From an uncultured virus (IMG/VR IMGVR_UViG_3300018080_006410) (lineage: Duplodnaviria; Heunggongvirae; Uroviricota; Caudoviricetes): DNA of 64,000 nt. The stretch lies in the IMG/VR virus record IMGVR_UViG_3300018080_006410, one strand, 5' to 3'. A program made the position numbers and the translations under genes. This document shows positions 10,416 to 20,859 of this stretch, piece after piece (the first letter of the stretch is position 1; every line of letters starts with the position of its first letter). The notes under the pieces were generated by a model that saw only the letters and a list, made by a program, of their open reading frames with translations, had not been told where the DNA came from and made no database searches.

Positions 10416-10846
10416 CTCGATCCTCCTGTCCGGTTTCGTCTCCACCCCCATATTGCCAAAGAAGCAGAGTTTTCCACCAGGAGGTCGCGCCTTCTCAGGA
10501 AACGCATGAGCGCGGGCACCGTCGACCGCCTTCTCCAACCGTCCGGCCCGCCGTTGTGGATGCGGTACGCGACCTCCATGCCCAAGGCGTTCCCGGTCTC
10601 TCTCTCGTACCTGGCGCCGTAGTGCCGGACGTAGGTCACCACGCACCACCGGGACAGCGTCGCGGACGCCCGGACGTCGGCCATGGAGTGGCTCGTCCCC
10701 GCGATCCGGTTGACGTCGTCCAGGTACGGCTGCCTGATCTGGCACAGGCCGTACGCCCGGTTCCGGAGATGCGTGTCGCCGACCGCGTTCGGGTCGCCGT
10801 CACTCTCGGCCAGGATCAATGCGGCAAGGAATAGCACCCAGTTCAT
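10412..10846 (-). CDS. Lysozyme-like protein (i-type/destabilase-like), candidate endolysin
   Basis: ILAESDGDPNAVGD, YGLCQIRQPYLDD, RIHNGGP motifs; hydrophobic N-terminus. Confidence 0.7.
   Translation of the reverse strand: MNWVLFLAALILAESDGDPNAVGDTHLRNRAYGLCQIRQPYLDDVNRIAGTSHSMADVRASATLSRWCVVTYVRHYGARYERETGNALGMEVAYRIHNGGPDGWRRRSTVPALMRFLRRRDLLVENSASLAIWGWRRNRTGGSR
10441..10477 (-). promoter_or_regulatory. Class A repeated promoter-like motif (copy 1 of 9)
   Basis: GTGGAAAA-N~11-T(T/C)GGCAATATGGGGGTGGA upstream of a gene start. Confidence 0.7.
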
Positions 10847-11495
10847 AGCATCCCCTCCTGTTCGGCCATCATCTCGACGGCGACCACCATGGCCGCGTCC
10901 TCGTACCGCCTGTCGGCGATCAGCTTCCGCTTCAGCCTCCCCAGGTCGTACAACGAGGACGGCCCCGTCCTTTGACGGTCGAGCGCCGCCAACCTCATGA
11001 TCTCGGAACGGGGCTTCGTCTTGACACCCTTCATGGACTCCCATTCGATGTCGCCCCAGTCCAAGTCCTCGAACCTGGCCCTGTCCCTGTTCCTGAGCGC
11101 GTCCGTCACGTGGTACGGCGTCCCGGCGTCCGCCACGACCTCCCAGTCGCCCCTGGTGAAAGAAGTAGCCCTTCGCCCTCACCATCGCGCACGCGCAGCC
11201 ACTCTCCCTCAAGCAGTCGTACCAGGTCATGCCCCAGCCTCCTCCCGGGTCTTCCCGCACCACCGGCACTTCTCGACCGGAGGCGCCATGACCGTGTTGC
11301 AAGGCGCGGGACAGAGCCATCCATCCGGGCACCCGTGAAGATGCCTCGTCCAGCAAACCCACCGTGGCTTGTCGTGGTAGGACGTGTAGCCGCGCCCCTG
11401 GACGAACGTCCCCTTGTCCTGCCCGAGATGGAAGCACTCCTGGCTCGGGCAGTCCTTGTGGCACACGTCCACGTTCTTTCCGTCGACCTTGACTT

Positions 11496-11990
11496 TCACG
11501 CCGCCTTCCTCCCGTCGTCCCGGAGCCGCCTCCGCATGTCCTTCTCGACCTCGTCGCACTCGCCCGGCCACGACTCCTGCCACAGGCCGTCGTCCCACTC
11601 CGGCATGTCGAAGTCAAGGTTGGCCTTGGCCAGCCGGTAGTAGAGCAGCGAGTGAACGCGGTCCAACGGCGCGCCCATGCTCGTGAAGCAGAGACACGCC
11701 ATCAGCTCGCCGTCGGTCGCCGGCCTCATGTCCTCACCCTTCGCCGCACGCTCGCAAATGTTCCGGACGTGCGCCCGGTAGCAGTTGTCCGGCGCGTCCC
11801 GGAGGACGGCCGTCGGACAGCAGAGCCGGAAGACGTCGTGGATGGCCTCGGCGTTCTCCGGATCGGCCCTCTCCGCCTTGTCGATCTCCTCCTCCGCGAT
11901 CTCCATCATCGCAAACGTCCGCGAGACGACGGAGCCGCTCTTGCAGCCCGTCATCGCCATCAGCTCCCCGATGTCCGGCTTCCTCTTCAT
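11496..11990 (-). CDS. Hypothetical protein
   Basis: ORF MKRKPDIGELM..., coupled start/stop. Confidence 0.65.
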   Translation of the reverse strand: MKRKPDIGELMAMTGCKSGSVVSRTFAMMEIAEEEIDKAERADPENAEAIHDVFRLCCPTAVLRDAPDNCYRAHVRNICERAAKGEDMRPATDGELMACLCFTSMGAPLDRVHSLLYYRLAKANLDFDMPEWDDGLWQESWPGECDEVEKDMRRRLRDDGRKAA

Positions 11991-12403
11991 GCCACCGCCT
12001 CCTTCCACATCTCGTCGAACACCCCAGTTTTCCTATCGTAGAGCAGCTTGCACAGGTTCTCGAACTCGTCGAAATGAAAGTAGTACCACCCGTCCTCGCC
12101 ATACGGAGTCTCCTCGGCCCGACCCCCGTAGTGCCTGGCGATACGCCGGGAGCGTGACTCTCCGAACTCCTCGAAGTCCGTCCACCAGTAGTCCGTGGGC
12201 TCGTGACGCAGGATCAGGGAGAGCCTGGCGCCCGGGGACATCCCGCTCGGAGGTGTCACGTAGCCCGTGGATTCCAGACAACAGTACATACCCTCGAACT
12301 TGAAAACCGCCCGAGAGTGGCCCCGGCGCTCGTTGACCCAGAACTCCTCCTCCTTCTCGACAGCGCCCATCCGCTCGGTGAATTGCTCCAGCGTCTCTTT
12401 CAT
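11987..12403 (-). CDS. Hypothetical protein
   Basis: ORF with AGGAG RBS, downstream of class A and class B promoter motifs. Confidence 0.7.
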   Translation of the reverse strand: MKETLEQFTERMGAVEKEEEFWVNERRGHSRAVFKFEGMYCCLESTGYVTPPSGMSPGARLSLILRHEPTDYWWTDFEEFGESRSRRIARHYGGRAEETPYGEDGWYYFHFDEFENLCKLLYDRKTGVFDEMWKEAVA

Positions 12404-12455
12404 GGCAATCTCCTAATTATACGCCGCCATCATTCTCCTTCACTCTTGCCGTCGT

Positions 12456-12491
12456 CACCCCCCATATTTCCGAACAAGCAAGGTTTTCCAC
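12456..12491 (-). promoter_or_regulatory. Class A promoter-like motif
   Basis: GTGGAAAACCTTGCTTGTTCGGAAATATGGGGGGTG. Confidence 0.65.
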
Positions 12492-12500
12492 GCGGAGGGC

Positions 12501-12530
12501 AAAAAAAGAGCGGGACCCTGAAGTCCCGCC
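12501..12530 (-). terminator. Intrinsic terminator
   Basis: GGCGGGAC-TTCAGG-GTCCCGCT followed by U-tract. Confidence 0.7.
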
Positions 12531-12553
12531 CTGGTCTTCCCTCGTCGGCAACC

Positions 12554-13078
12554 CTACTCGACGACATCCCAGCGAGGCACCGACGGCTCGCCGATCAGTT
12601 CCCTGGACAGGTCCAGGAGCTCCTTGGCCACGATCTCCCGGAGAGGCGCCGGCTCGGAGGTCGCCACCCTCATCACCTCGGATGCGCCACCGATCTCCAT
12701 GGCCTGCTTGAAGTCCTTCCAGTAGGTGCTCGTCTTCTCGCCCGTGGCGAAGTTGACGATGTACATCCCGGTGTAGTCGCCGGCCTTGCGCAGGCCCCAC
12801 ATCCAGATCGCCTCGATGGGGTCGCGCCTGGCCCTGGACGCGTACTCGAAGGTGGCGTAGTTCCCATGCCCGCGAACCCGCATGACCGGAGCGTGCTGCA
12901 TGACGAACAGGATCATCTTCTCCCTGTCCTCGACAGGCTCGAAGCCGGGAATGGCGTCAGCCACCTTGCTCGACAGCCCGAGCCTCCTGGCGTTGTCCGG
13001 CTCCCGGAGCCAGCGCTCGTGCTCGTCTACCAGGAACTCCTTCCCGGTCCGATAGTTTATCCAGTAGCCTTCTCTCAT
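12554..13078 (-). CDS. Hypothetical protein
   Basis: 174-aa ORF; C-terminal AKELLDLSRELIG. Confidence 0.7.
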   Translation of the reverse strand: MREGYWINYRTGKEFLVDEHERWLREPDNARRLGLSSKVADAIPGFEPVEDREKMILFVMQHAPVMRVRGHGNYATFEYASRARRDPIEAIWMWGLRKAGDYTGMYIVNFATGEKTSTYWKDFKQAMEIGGASEVMRVATSEPAPLREIVAKELLDLSRELIGEPSVPRWDVVE

Positions 13079-13104
13079 GTCGTCAACTCCTGTAGCATCC
13101 GTCG

Positions 13105-13707
13105 TCAGATCGTCCCAACCAGTTCCCGCGCCAGCACGAGCAGCTCCCTCGCCATCCCCACGCCGGACATGTCCTCGTCGGCCAACGCCGCGCTGACGCT
13201 CTTCTCCTCCTTGCCCCCGTAGCCGGTTTCGACGAACTTCCCGCGACCGGTCGAGTTGTCGATCAGCAGCACCGACCTCTGCTTGAACTTCTTCCCCAGC
13301 TGCCCGGCCACGTCCTCCATGAAGTCAAGCTCGACGCCCCGCACGTCAATGGCGAACGACTTCTCATTGTACACCTTGCCCGTCTTCTGGTCGAAGTACC
13401 GACCACGGAACAGGTTCCCGATCGACCATCCAGAGTCCATCCCTCGCTTCTCGAACATCGGGTCCATGACGTCCTTCGTCAGCCAGCTCTTCATCATGCG
13501 GTTGTAGAGCGTCTTGATGATGCTGGACAGCTTGCCCTTCCATCCCTTTTCCCTCTCGGCGTTGACGTCGGTCGACAGGACGATCATGGCCCCTGGCGAG
13601 ATGTTGAAATCCTCACCCCCGGCGGCGACGCGCCCGCGCCAGAACGACCATGGACGAATAACAGCCTCTCGACCATCCCACGACAAGACGAAACGCATCC
13701 TAATCAT
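13105..13707 (-). CDS. Hypothetical protein
   Basis: 200-aa ORF; C-terminal ARELLVLARELVG. Confidence 0.7.
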   Translation of the reverse strand: MIRMRFVLSWDGREAVIRPWSFWRGRVAAGGEDFNISPGAMIVLSTDVNAEREKGWKGKLSSIIKTLYNRMMKSWLTKDVMDPMFEKRGMDSGWSIGNLFRGRYFDQKTGKVYNEKSFAIDVRGVELDFMEDVAGQLGKKFKQRSVLLIDNSTGRGKFVETGYGGKEEKSVSAALADEDMSGVGMARELLVLARELVGTI

Positions 13708-13970
13708 CTTTCACCTCACGCTCTTTCGGCTGCGGCTCCCTGCGTCCGCTGACGCCCGCGACAGCTGGCAGGGTGTGGCGCCGACCACGCTCCCTGACAT
13801 CCGGCGGCGCGTCACACAGACGCGGAAAGCCAAAAACATACCTGAAGAACTCCAAGAGCCTCTTCATCGCCTCCTCCTTTCATCCGGTGTCGCGTCCCGA
13901 CACCCAAAACCGGAAGACACACGCCGGACTAAGGACGTTCCTACCTTGGCCCGGTTATCAAAGAATTGTA

Positions 13971-14291
13971 TCACTCGTTCCCCTTGTACTTCGGATGCCG
14001 GTAGAGCCAGCCCCCGTTCTTCCGGTTCGCATGACGGACCCCGATCACGCAGTGGTCGAGGATCGCCGGGCCGCCCAGGCTGCGGGGGCTCGCGATCATC
14101 AGCGGGACCTTCATCGGCCCCATAGAGCGCCCGACCGTCCCCGTGACCATGTGCGTGGCATGCCACGACTCGCCCGTCTCCGCGTCGCCCAGCACCAGGC
14201 GCAGCCGCGTCCCCCGGGCCCGTGCCCGCTCCAGGACGTCGACCACCTTCTGCGGCGTCTCGCTGTTGTAGGTCGTTCCATTCACGATCAT
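13971..14291 (-). CDS. Hypothetical protein
   Basis: NGTTYNSETPQKVVDVLE...GRSMGPMKVPL...GGPAILDHC. Confidence 0.7.
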   Translation of the reverse strand: MIVNGTTYNSETPQKVVDVLERARARGTRLRLVLGDAETGESWHATHMVTGTVGRSMGPMKVPLMIASPRSLGGPAILDHCVIGVRHANRKNGGWLYRHPKYKGNE

Positions 14292-14530
14292 GACTTTCCC
14301 TCCTGGCTATTCACGACCTCCGCCACGATGCCTATGCTGCTCATGCCACGGACAAGCCCGCGACGCTCCGAGACCAGGCACGCCAGGTCGGCATAGTGCC
14401 GCGGCTCCACGGAACCGTCGCCCTGCTTCCTCTCGATCACCTCGTCGAGCAGCTGGATGTCCCGCCTCGCCAGCTGCCTCGCCCTCTCAAGTGCCTCAAG
14501 TGCCGTCATCGCTGTCTCCTTTCGTTCAGC

Positions 14531-14568
14531 CTCCACCCCTACATTGCCGAACAAGCAAGGTTTTCCAC
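14531..14568 (-). promoter_or_regulatory. Class A promoter-like motif
   Basis: GTGGAAAACCTTGCTTGTTCGGCAATGTAGGGGTGGAG. Confidence 0.65.
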
Positions 14569-14571
14569 CCG

Positions 14572-14895
14572 TCACGACGACTTCTCCTCCTCCGAGGCCA
14601 CCGGCTCGGGCACCGGGAAGTACGCGGGCATCTGGACCTCGAACCGCTTCTGCTCCGGCGGGATGTCCTTCCCAGACCACTTCCGGTCGTACAGCTTGGT
14701 CCGCGGGAACAGGCACTTGCTCGTCTCCAGGTCCAGGAGGTTGAAGCCCTTCCTGGTCACCTTGACGAACCTGACGACCCTCCAGGTCTTCTCGCCTCCC
14801 CTCCATCTGGGAATGCGGTAGTCGCGACCCAGGTGGAAGACGAACCGGTAGCAGCGGTAGCCGTTCCCGAACTGCATGATCTCTGGCTTGGTCAT
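14572..14895 (-). CDS. Hypothetical protein
   Basis: ORF MTKPEIMQFG... Confidence 0.55.
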   Translation of the reverse strand: MTKPEIMQFGNGYRCYRFVFHLGRDYRIPRWRGGEKTWRVVRFVKVTRKGFNLLDLETSKCLFPRTKLYDRKWSGKDIPPEQKRFEVQMPAYFPVPEPVASEEEKSS

Positions 14896-15375
14896 CTGAA
14901 GCTCCCAGTCGCCACCCCCATCAGGGCGCACCCGAAACCGACCGCGACAAGGATGCCGGCATGCCCCCCTATCGCCCTCGCCAGATGCAGAGCCTTTCCG
15001 AGCATCTCCATCGTGGCGTCCTTGTAGAAGTGATGCTTAGGCCAGATCGCCTCATAGGTCTCGCCCACGAGCTTCTCCAGGTCCTCCGACGGCCCCAGGA
15101 GCCAGATGGCCAGCCTCAGCTTCATACGTTTCGCCCAAGTCATTCCTGGGCCTCCCTCAAGGCGTAGTCCAGATCGGCCAAGGTGTCCTTGCACAGGTTC
15201 TCACCGTCCTGAGTAAGCACCCACTCGAAGCTCACCCCGAGCGCTTTCCCCCTCTTGATGAACCCGGCCTCCTCCAAGACCCTCAGGTCGTCCTTCACCG
15301 TCCCCGCGTGACGGCTCTTATTGAAGCCACGTCGCACGTCAAACAACACGATCGCCTGGTTCATGGTCATGTCGC

Positions 15376-15786
15376 CTACTCCTTCACATTGCGCTTGTAA
15401 ACGAGGCCTTTCCCAAACACCGGACAGGTCTTCCCGTTCTCGAACACGGCCTGGCAATGAGCCTGCATGTCGCACTGGTCGCAATGCGACTCCTCTGGCT
15501 CCTCCGGCTCCTTCTCGACATACTCCGCGGCCACCTGGGAGAGCGTGGGCGGCACGTAGACACCAGAACTCTCCAAGCGCCTCTTCGCCGGCGCCTCCGT
15601 CGCCCAGTTGACGACCATGAAGTCGTCCAGGGCCGCCTCGTCCGACTCGTAGTCGCGCCCCCTCATCTGGAAGGCAACAGCCTTCCTGGCCGTGATGGTG
15701 ACGACCGCGTCGCCACCGGTCGGATGCGGCTCGGCGAATGTGAGAATCGCGTCCTCGGCAATCATCCTTGTCAGATGCTCGCTCAT
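15376..15786 (-). CDS. Hypothetical protein
   Basis: 136-aa ORF with C-terminal Cys cluster. Confidence 0.6.
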   Translation of the reverse strand: MSEHLTRMIAEDAILTFAEPHPTGGDAVVTITARKAVAFQMRGRDYESDEAALDDFMVVNWATEAPAKRRLESSGVYVPPTLSQVAAEYVEKEPEEPEESHCDQCDMQAHCQAVFENGKTCPVFGKGLVYKRNVKE

Positions 15787-16100
15787 CCTTTACTCCTTAT
15801 CGCCTCCAGAAGCGCCCGGCGCTCCTGCTCCACCCTACCCAGGTCGATGTCGAAGAACTCGGCCAGCAGCTTCTCCGTCGACTCCCGAACATGCACGCCG
15901 CCCAAGTCGCTCAGCTCGTCCCCCTTGGGGTCGTCCTCGTCGAACTCGGCCCAGTCCCGCCTCTTCGACCACCGCATGACGGAGTAGCCCTTCTCCTCCC
16001 GGAGCCACTCCAGGAACTCGCCGATGGCCCGGCTCCTGTCCTTGACCTTCAGCATCTTGTCAAGCTCGGGCGTCTCCACCTGGCCAACCGTCGTCGTCAT
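15783..16100 (-). CDS. Hypothetical protein
   Basis: TPELDKMLKVKDRSRAIGEFLEWL...LLAEFFDID. Confidence 0.65.
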   Translation of the reverse strand: MTTTVGQVETPELDKMLKVKDRSRAIGEFLEWLREEKGYSVMRWSKRRDWAEFDEDDPKGDELSDLGGVHVRESTEKLLAEFFDIDLGRVEQERRALLEAIRSKG

Positions 16101-16308
16101 CGTCGTCCTCCATAATTTCCCTGCTCCCCGTCGTGATAGCCCCGGTCGTAGTCGCTCTCGTCCTTCTCCTCGTCCTTCAGGAACCAGACCAGGGCGTCGA
16201 CGGGCCGCCTGCCTCTCGCGAACGATCCGTCCTCGTGCGAGACCTCGCAGGGCGACTCGCACTCGACCGTCCACCCGTGCCTCTCCAGGATGTCCCTGTC
16301 CTCGTCAG

Positions 16309-16842
16309 TCATGGCGTTGTCTCCATCACCCACTTGTCCCCTCTCAGGAAGCCGGCCACCGGGCCGCCACCCATCTTCCTGAACTCCCTGAAGACGTCGT
16401 CGGGCACCACGGCGAACTTCCTCGGGTTCGCCCCCGGCGGGTCGAGCGTCGCCCACGCCGGGCACGCGGCCGTCCCATATCTCCGGAGATACTGGTCCGT
16501 GCACGACGCCGGCCCGAGCAACTCGGCCCACTCCGGCCGGCCGGAGACGCTCCCCAGCAGCTCGACGGGGTCGGCGCCCCTCGGAAGGCACGCCACGCTC
16601 CTGAACTTGTTGCTCGTCTGGTAGTATCCGCCATGGAGAAGCTCGACGGCCCGCAGCTGCGCCATGGACGGAACCCCGAACCGCTCCGTCATGAAGCCCT
16701 CCCCCTTCCCGTCGACCATGACGACGATCAACTCGCCGCGCTTGCCGCCCACCTCGACGAGCTGGTAGAAGGACCCCTCCCGGAGCCCCGGCCGCCCCGT
16801 GGCGTCCACGCACCTCACCATGCCTGACCTGATCTCCGTCAT
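16309..16842 (-). CDS. Hypothetical protein
   Basis: ORF MTEIRSGMVRCVD... Confidence 0.55.
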   Translation of the reverse strand: MTEIRSGMVRCVDATGRPGLREGSFYQLVEVGGKRGELIVVMVDGKGEGFMTERFGVPSMAQLRAVELLHGGYYQTSNKFRSVACLPRGADPVELLGSVSGRPEWAELLGPASCTDQYLRRYGTAACPAWATLDPPGANPRKFAVVPDDVFREFRKMGGGPVAGFLRGDKWVMETTP

Positions 16843-18021
16843 GCCACCCTCCATCCCTCCATGCGGAGCCGCGCCACCTTCAGGCGCATGCGCTCCCGGC
16901 TCACGTCCTCGAGGTCCGTCCGGACCATGCCCCGCCCGACGTTGCTCGGACGCTCCATGGCCACGCTGACCCACGGAACCCCGACCGTCGTCCGGAGCAG
17001 CCTGATCTCGTCGGCGGTCAGCATCTCCCCGATGGTCCTCTCCGGCTCGGCCTCCAACCTGTCCACGATCTCCTGCGCGTCCATGTCAAATCTCCCTGGC
17101 CATGCCGGCGAAACGGTCCCGCTCGGCCTTGATGTCGTCCAGCTTGCGCCTGGCCGCCGCCAGCCTGCCCTCACGCCCGCGAACAACGGCCTCCTGCCGC
17201 TCCACGTCCTGAGCGCTCGGACCCGTGTAGTCCCTGGCGCGAAAGCTCCCGTTCGCGTTGAGCTCGCTGAACCTGACTATCCGCATCCTCGCCATGGTCA
17301 AACCCCCTTCCTCGTCGCCACCGCCTCTTTCGTCAGAGAGGCCATCGTGCTTCCGCTTCCATGCGCCACGAAGACCACGAACACGTCCGGGCGCCTGGCC
17401 ATGCTCCGCTGGACGTTGCCCATCAGGAAGGCGCGCCCCCTGGGATTCTTGTCCCATCGGTTGGGAGCGTCCCTCTGGGATCGCCCCTCCCCGTAGAGGC
17501 ACTCGGTGAGCTTGTAGGTGGAGAGGCTGAAATGGTAGCGCCCCCAGCCAGTCCCCTGCCAGAGAACCTCGGCAGCCATCTCCTGAAGTTTCGTCAGCCT
17601 CTTCACCAGGACCTCCACACCAGACAGAACAAGAACCCCGCGCAGAAGTTCGTCCATGATCGAAGGTATATCTCGGCGAGCTCCGCGAACTGGGCCAAGC
17701 CACCTATTCCGAAGACGTGATGCAGGAACAGACTCACTGCCACCCCAATCGTCAGGTAGAAGACCACGCCGACGAGCCACAAAATGCCCGTCATCATCAC
17801 TGCCTTCCTCGTCCGAGTCCTCACTTGCACCCCTTCTCGTGCTCCGCCACCAGGAGCCACGGCACCTGCCCGCGAAGGTTGCGCCCGATCATCGTCCCGC
17901 ACCTCGGGCACTTCCACTCGCCCCTGAGCCAGCCGCCGGGCCAGCGCCCCACGCGGTTGCCCTTGTCCGTCGGGCCCTCGCTACTGTCCCACCACTTGCT
18001 CATCGTCCATCTCCTTGCTCG

Positions 18022-18058
18022 TCCACCCCCATATTGCCAAACGAGCGACGTTTTCCAC
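18022..18058 (-). promoter_or_regulatory. Class A promoter-like motif
   Basis: GTGGAAAACGTCGCTCGTTTGGCAATATGGGGGTGGA. Confidence 0.7.
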
Positions 18059-18521
18059 TCACGCTATCCGAAACCTATCCGCCATGCACTCGCGCTCATC
18101 CCCGGATACCAGGACCGTCACCATGCCGTCCCTCATCCCCCGGACGAGATACTCCTTGCCCTCCTCCAGCCAGTCCCGGCCAGTCGCGTCAAGGCAGGTC
18201 GCAGTCACCCGTCCCTCATTCGCCGGCAGTTCCAGGTCGGCCAGCGACGGGACCCAGAACTGCATCCGGAGCCCGTAGTTCCACAGGTGCTCGTCGAATG
18301 GCAGCAGCGGCCCCTCCAGCTTCTCCGAGTCGTAGTCGCCCACGCAGGCCATCCACTCCCGCAGCCCCGTGATGCTGTGCTCCCGGAGCGGAGGGTCTGC
18401 ATCGGGCACCCAGTCGATCACCCACGGCCCAACGACGGCGTCGTTAACCACATCCCGGAAGAGGACGCGGTTGCTCCTCTTCACGTCCCCGAAATCGCCA
18501 AACTCCACGATGGCAAGCATG

Positions 18522-18809
18522 TCACCCTCCCCCAGGGACCAGACACAGGTCCCCGTTCCCAGCCGCGACGCGCCAGACGCAATGGCCATGGCGCGGGTCC
18601 CCCTGGAAGACCCCGGGAATCCTGAAGTCGACGCAGTTGAACATCCTCGTCCTGCCATCTCTCGTCGGATGGACCGCCGGCACGTCGACGGAGGCCACGA
18701 CGCCGACCCGCTCGACTTCGACCGTCACGTCCGGGTTGCCGGAATAGCCGGAGTAGTACGGCCTCATTGGTCTCCGCAGCCTCACCTTGTCGCCCACCTT
18801 GAACTTCAT
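18522..18809 (-). CDS. Hypothetical protein (KOW/SH3-like start)
   Basis: MKFKVGDKVRL. Confidence 0.6.
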   Translation of the reverse strand: MKFKVGDKVRLRRPMRPYYSGYSGNPDVTVEVERVGVVASVDVPAVHPTRDGRTRMFNCVDFRIPGVFQGDPRHGHCVWRVAAGNGDLCLVPGGG

Positions 18810-18810
18810 G

Positions 18811-19314
18811 TCACAACCTCATCCATGTCTGTCGATCAGCCTCGGTCACATGCCCCTCGCGCCGGTCGTGCCGGCAGGACGCCGGCGACCGGGCGCCGGC
18901 GCAGCCCGGGCCCTGGCCCTTCGACCGCCTCACGACGCTCTTGAGCACCGGGATCGCCAAGCCCGTGTCGATCGCCCACCAGCAGCCCTTGTGGTAGAAG
19001 CGGCCCTTCGCGTCGACCTGGTTCCTGTCCAGGGCCTCCTTGGCAACCCTGGAGAGCCACGCGTGCAACCCCTCGTTCGGGTTGGCCAAGTCGCCGCGCC
19101 ACACGTCCAGACACCTCTGCGAGGCCCTGTCGATCGCATGGCCCGACACCTCCACCTCCGGGATCACCGTGCCTCGCCTGTCCAGCTCCTCCTTGGCGTG
19201 CTCGGCCTTCTCGTGGCCCACCGACACCATCCACCGAAGGTAGCTCACCGGCACGCAACCCCAGGTCTGGCTGCCATACCTTCCGAACCCCAGCGTCGGA
19301 CTGCGCCTCGTCAT
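18811..19314 (-). CDS. DUF3820/exonuclease X C-terminal-like motif protein
   Basis: LGFGRYGSQTWGCVPVSYLRWM resembles the FGKY-G...VP-SYL-W motif. Confidence 0.5.
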   Translation of the reverse strand: MTRRSPTLGFGRYGSQTWGCVPVSYLRWMVSVGHEKAEHAKEELDRRGTVIPEVEVSGHAIDRASQRCLDVWRGDLANPNEGLHAWLSRVAKEALDRNQVDAKGRFYHKGCWWAIDTGLAIPVLKSVVRRSKGQGPGCAGARSPASCRHDRREGHVTEADRQTWMRL

Positions 19315-19495
19315 AGCCTCACCGCCTGCTGTTGACCATACTTCTGCCTCCACGCCTCAAACGAACCTAGCTCTTCCGCCTCGTCAGCGATATCGAGCAG
19401 CTCGTCCTCGAACGCATCCTGTGCCGGAGCCGTGGCATCGTTGTAGTGGCCATTCAGGAACTCCCGCACCTGAGCCTCTATCCGTTCCCTCTCCA

Positions 19496-20458
19496 TCAGT
19501 CGAAGTCCTCCACCTTGTAGCCCCTGAGGGAGAGCCAGTTCCTCTGCTCGGCCGTCAGCCGACGGCCCTGGAACCTCCAGCCAGGCCCGCCCATCTCCAC
19601 ACAACGCGGCCCGTCGACACGGACATGGGTCTTCTCGGCCTCCCGCGTCGGCATCTTGAGGATCATCTCCGCCACGAAGTCGTGGTCCTGGCTGCCGCAG
19701 CCGTGCCACCTGCCGTCCGGGGCGAGCCAGCCGATCTCGGAGTCCGGCCGGTTGTAGGTCGTCCTGGTCCAGTCGAGCTCAAAGATGTCCTCAGCATGGC
19801 ACTCGTCAACAATCTCCTCCTTGTCCGGACTCTTCTCGAAGCCACCCCCCGAATGGTTGACCCACCGAGAAACGCCGTCCTCGAACCAGCAGGGCCCCAT
19901 GAAGGTGCCCGGACCGCAGAAGCCCTTCATCCACTTCAGAAGCACGAACCTTGTCTTGCCCATCTCCCGACCTCCTCTCAGCAGGTAGACGCTCTCGCCG
20001 TCGCGGCCCGCGTCCGTCATCACACACTCTACGCCTTCAAGGTCGCCGACATCCTCGGCATGGTGCTTCGGCAACCCGACGTAGACCACGTCGGCCCCCG
20101 CCTCGTGCGCCTTCTCGATCACCTCCCTGATCCACTCCCCGCGGGATGGCCTCGCCAACACGGCCACGTGCCGGCTCGTGAAGGGGAAGGCCGTCGCGTC
20201 GATCGGCACGACGTCCACCACCTGACCCTCCCTGTCGGCTACGTCCAGGCCGATGGCCTTCCCGCCAGCCTCGACCACGCGCCTCACGAGCTCGCCCGTG
20301 CCGCAGCCGCAGTCGACGACCTCCCGGCGCCCGGCCAGCCTCACGAGCCAGTCGACGAACACCCCCGAGGGCTCGAAGAAGACCATGTCGGGCAACGGCG
20401 CCATGTGCATGGCCGCCATGCGCCTCAGGTCCATCTCGTAGGAGCTGCCGCCTATCAT
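19496..20458 (-). CDS. Class I SAM-methyltransferase-like domain fused to unknown domain
   Basis: VVDCGCGTGEL, AIGLDV, IDATAFPF. Confidence 0.55.
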   Translation of the reverse strand: MIGGSSYEMDLRRMAAMHMAPLPDMVFFEPSGVFVDWLVRLAGRREVVDCGCGTGELVRRVVEAGGKAIGLDVADREGQVVDVVPIDATAFPFTSRHVAVLARPSRGEWIREVIEKAHEAGADVVYVGLPKHHAEDVGDLEGVECVMTDAGRDGESVYLLRGGREMGKTRFVLLKWMKGFCGPGTFMGPCWFEDGVSRWVNHSGGGFEKSPDKEEIVDECHAEDIFELDWTRTTYNRPDSEIGWLAPDGRWHGCGSQDHDFVAEMILKMPTREAEKTHVRVDGPRCVEMGGPGWRFQGRRLTAEQRNWLSLRGYKVEDFD

Positions 20459-20859
20459 CCGATCTCGCCCTCCAGCCTCGCCGCGAGCGCCTCTACGTCC
20501 CGGCACTCGCACTCCCAGACCGTCACCACCTTCCACCCGAGCCCCCGGAGCTCGGCCGCCACCCTGGCGTCGCGCTCCACGTTCCGCTCGAACTTGGACT
20601 CCCAGAACTCGACATTGGACCTGGGCGTCCTGGAGCCCGCCCCGCACTCGTGCCGGTGCCAGAAGCACCCGTTCACCATCACCACCGCCCGATGCCTCGG
20701 AAGCACCACGTCCGGCGTCCCCGGAAGGTCCCTGCGATGCAGCCGGAACCTGTACCCGAGGGAGTGAAGGAGGGAGCGGACCGCCTTCTCCGGCTTGGTG
20801 TCCACCCCCTTGATGCGGGACATGAGCGCGCTCCGCTTCTCCATGGACATGACGTCCAT
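20455..20859 (-). CDS. vsr: Very short patch repair endonuclease
   Basis: RSALMSRIKGVDTKPE, LPGTPD, NGCFWHRH, FWESKFERNVERD, LGWKVVTVWEC. Confidence 0.92.
   Translation of the reverse strand: MDVMSMEKRSALMSRIKGVDTKPEKAVRSLLHSLGYRFRLHRRDLPGTPDVVLPRHRAVVMVNGCFWHRHECGAGSRTPRSNVEFWESKFERNVERDARVAAELRGLGWKVVTVWECECRDVEALAARLEGEIG

Noticed and set aside
10441..10477. Sigma54 promoter (TGGCA core in class A motif)
   Set aside because: Lacks the TTGC -12 element at the required spacing
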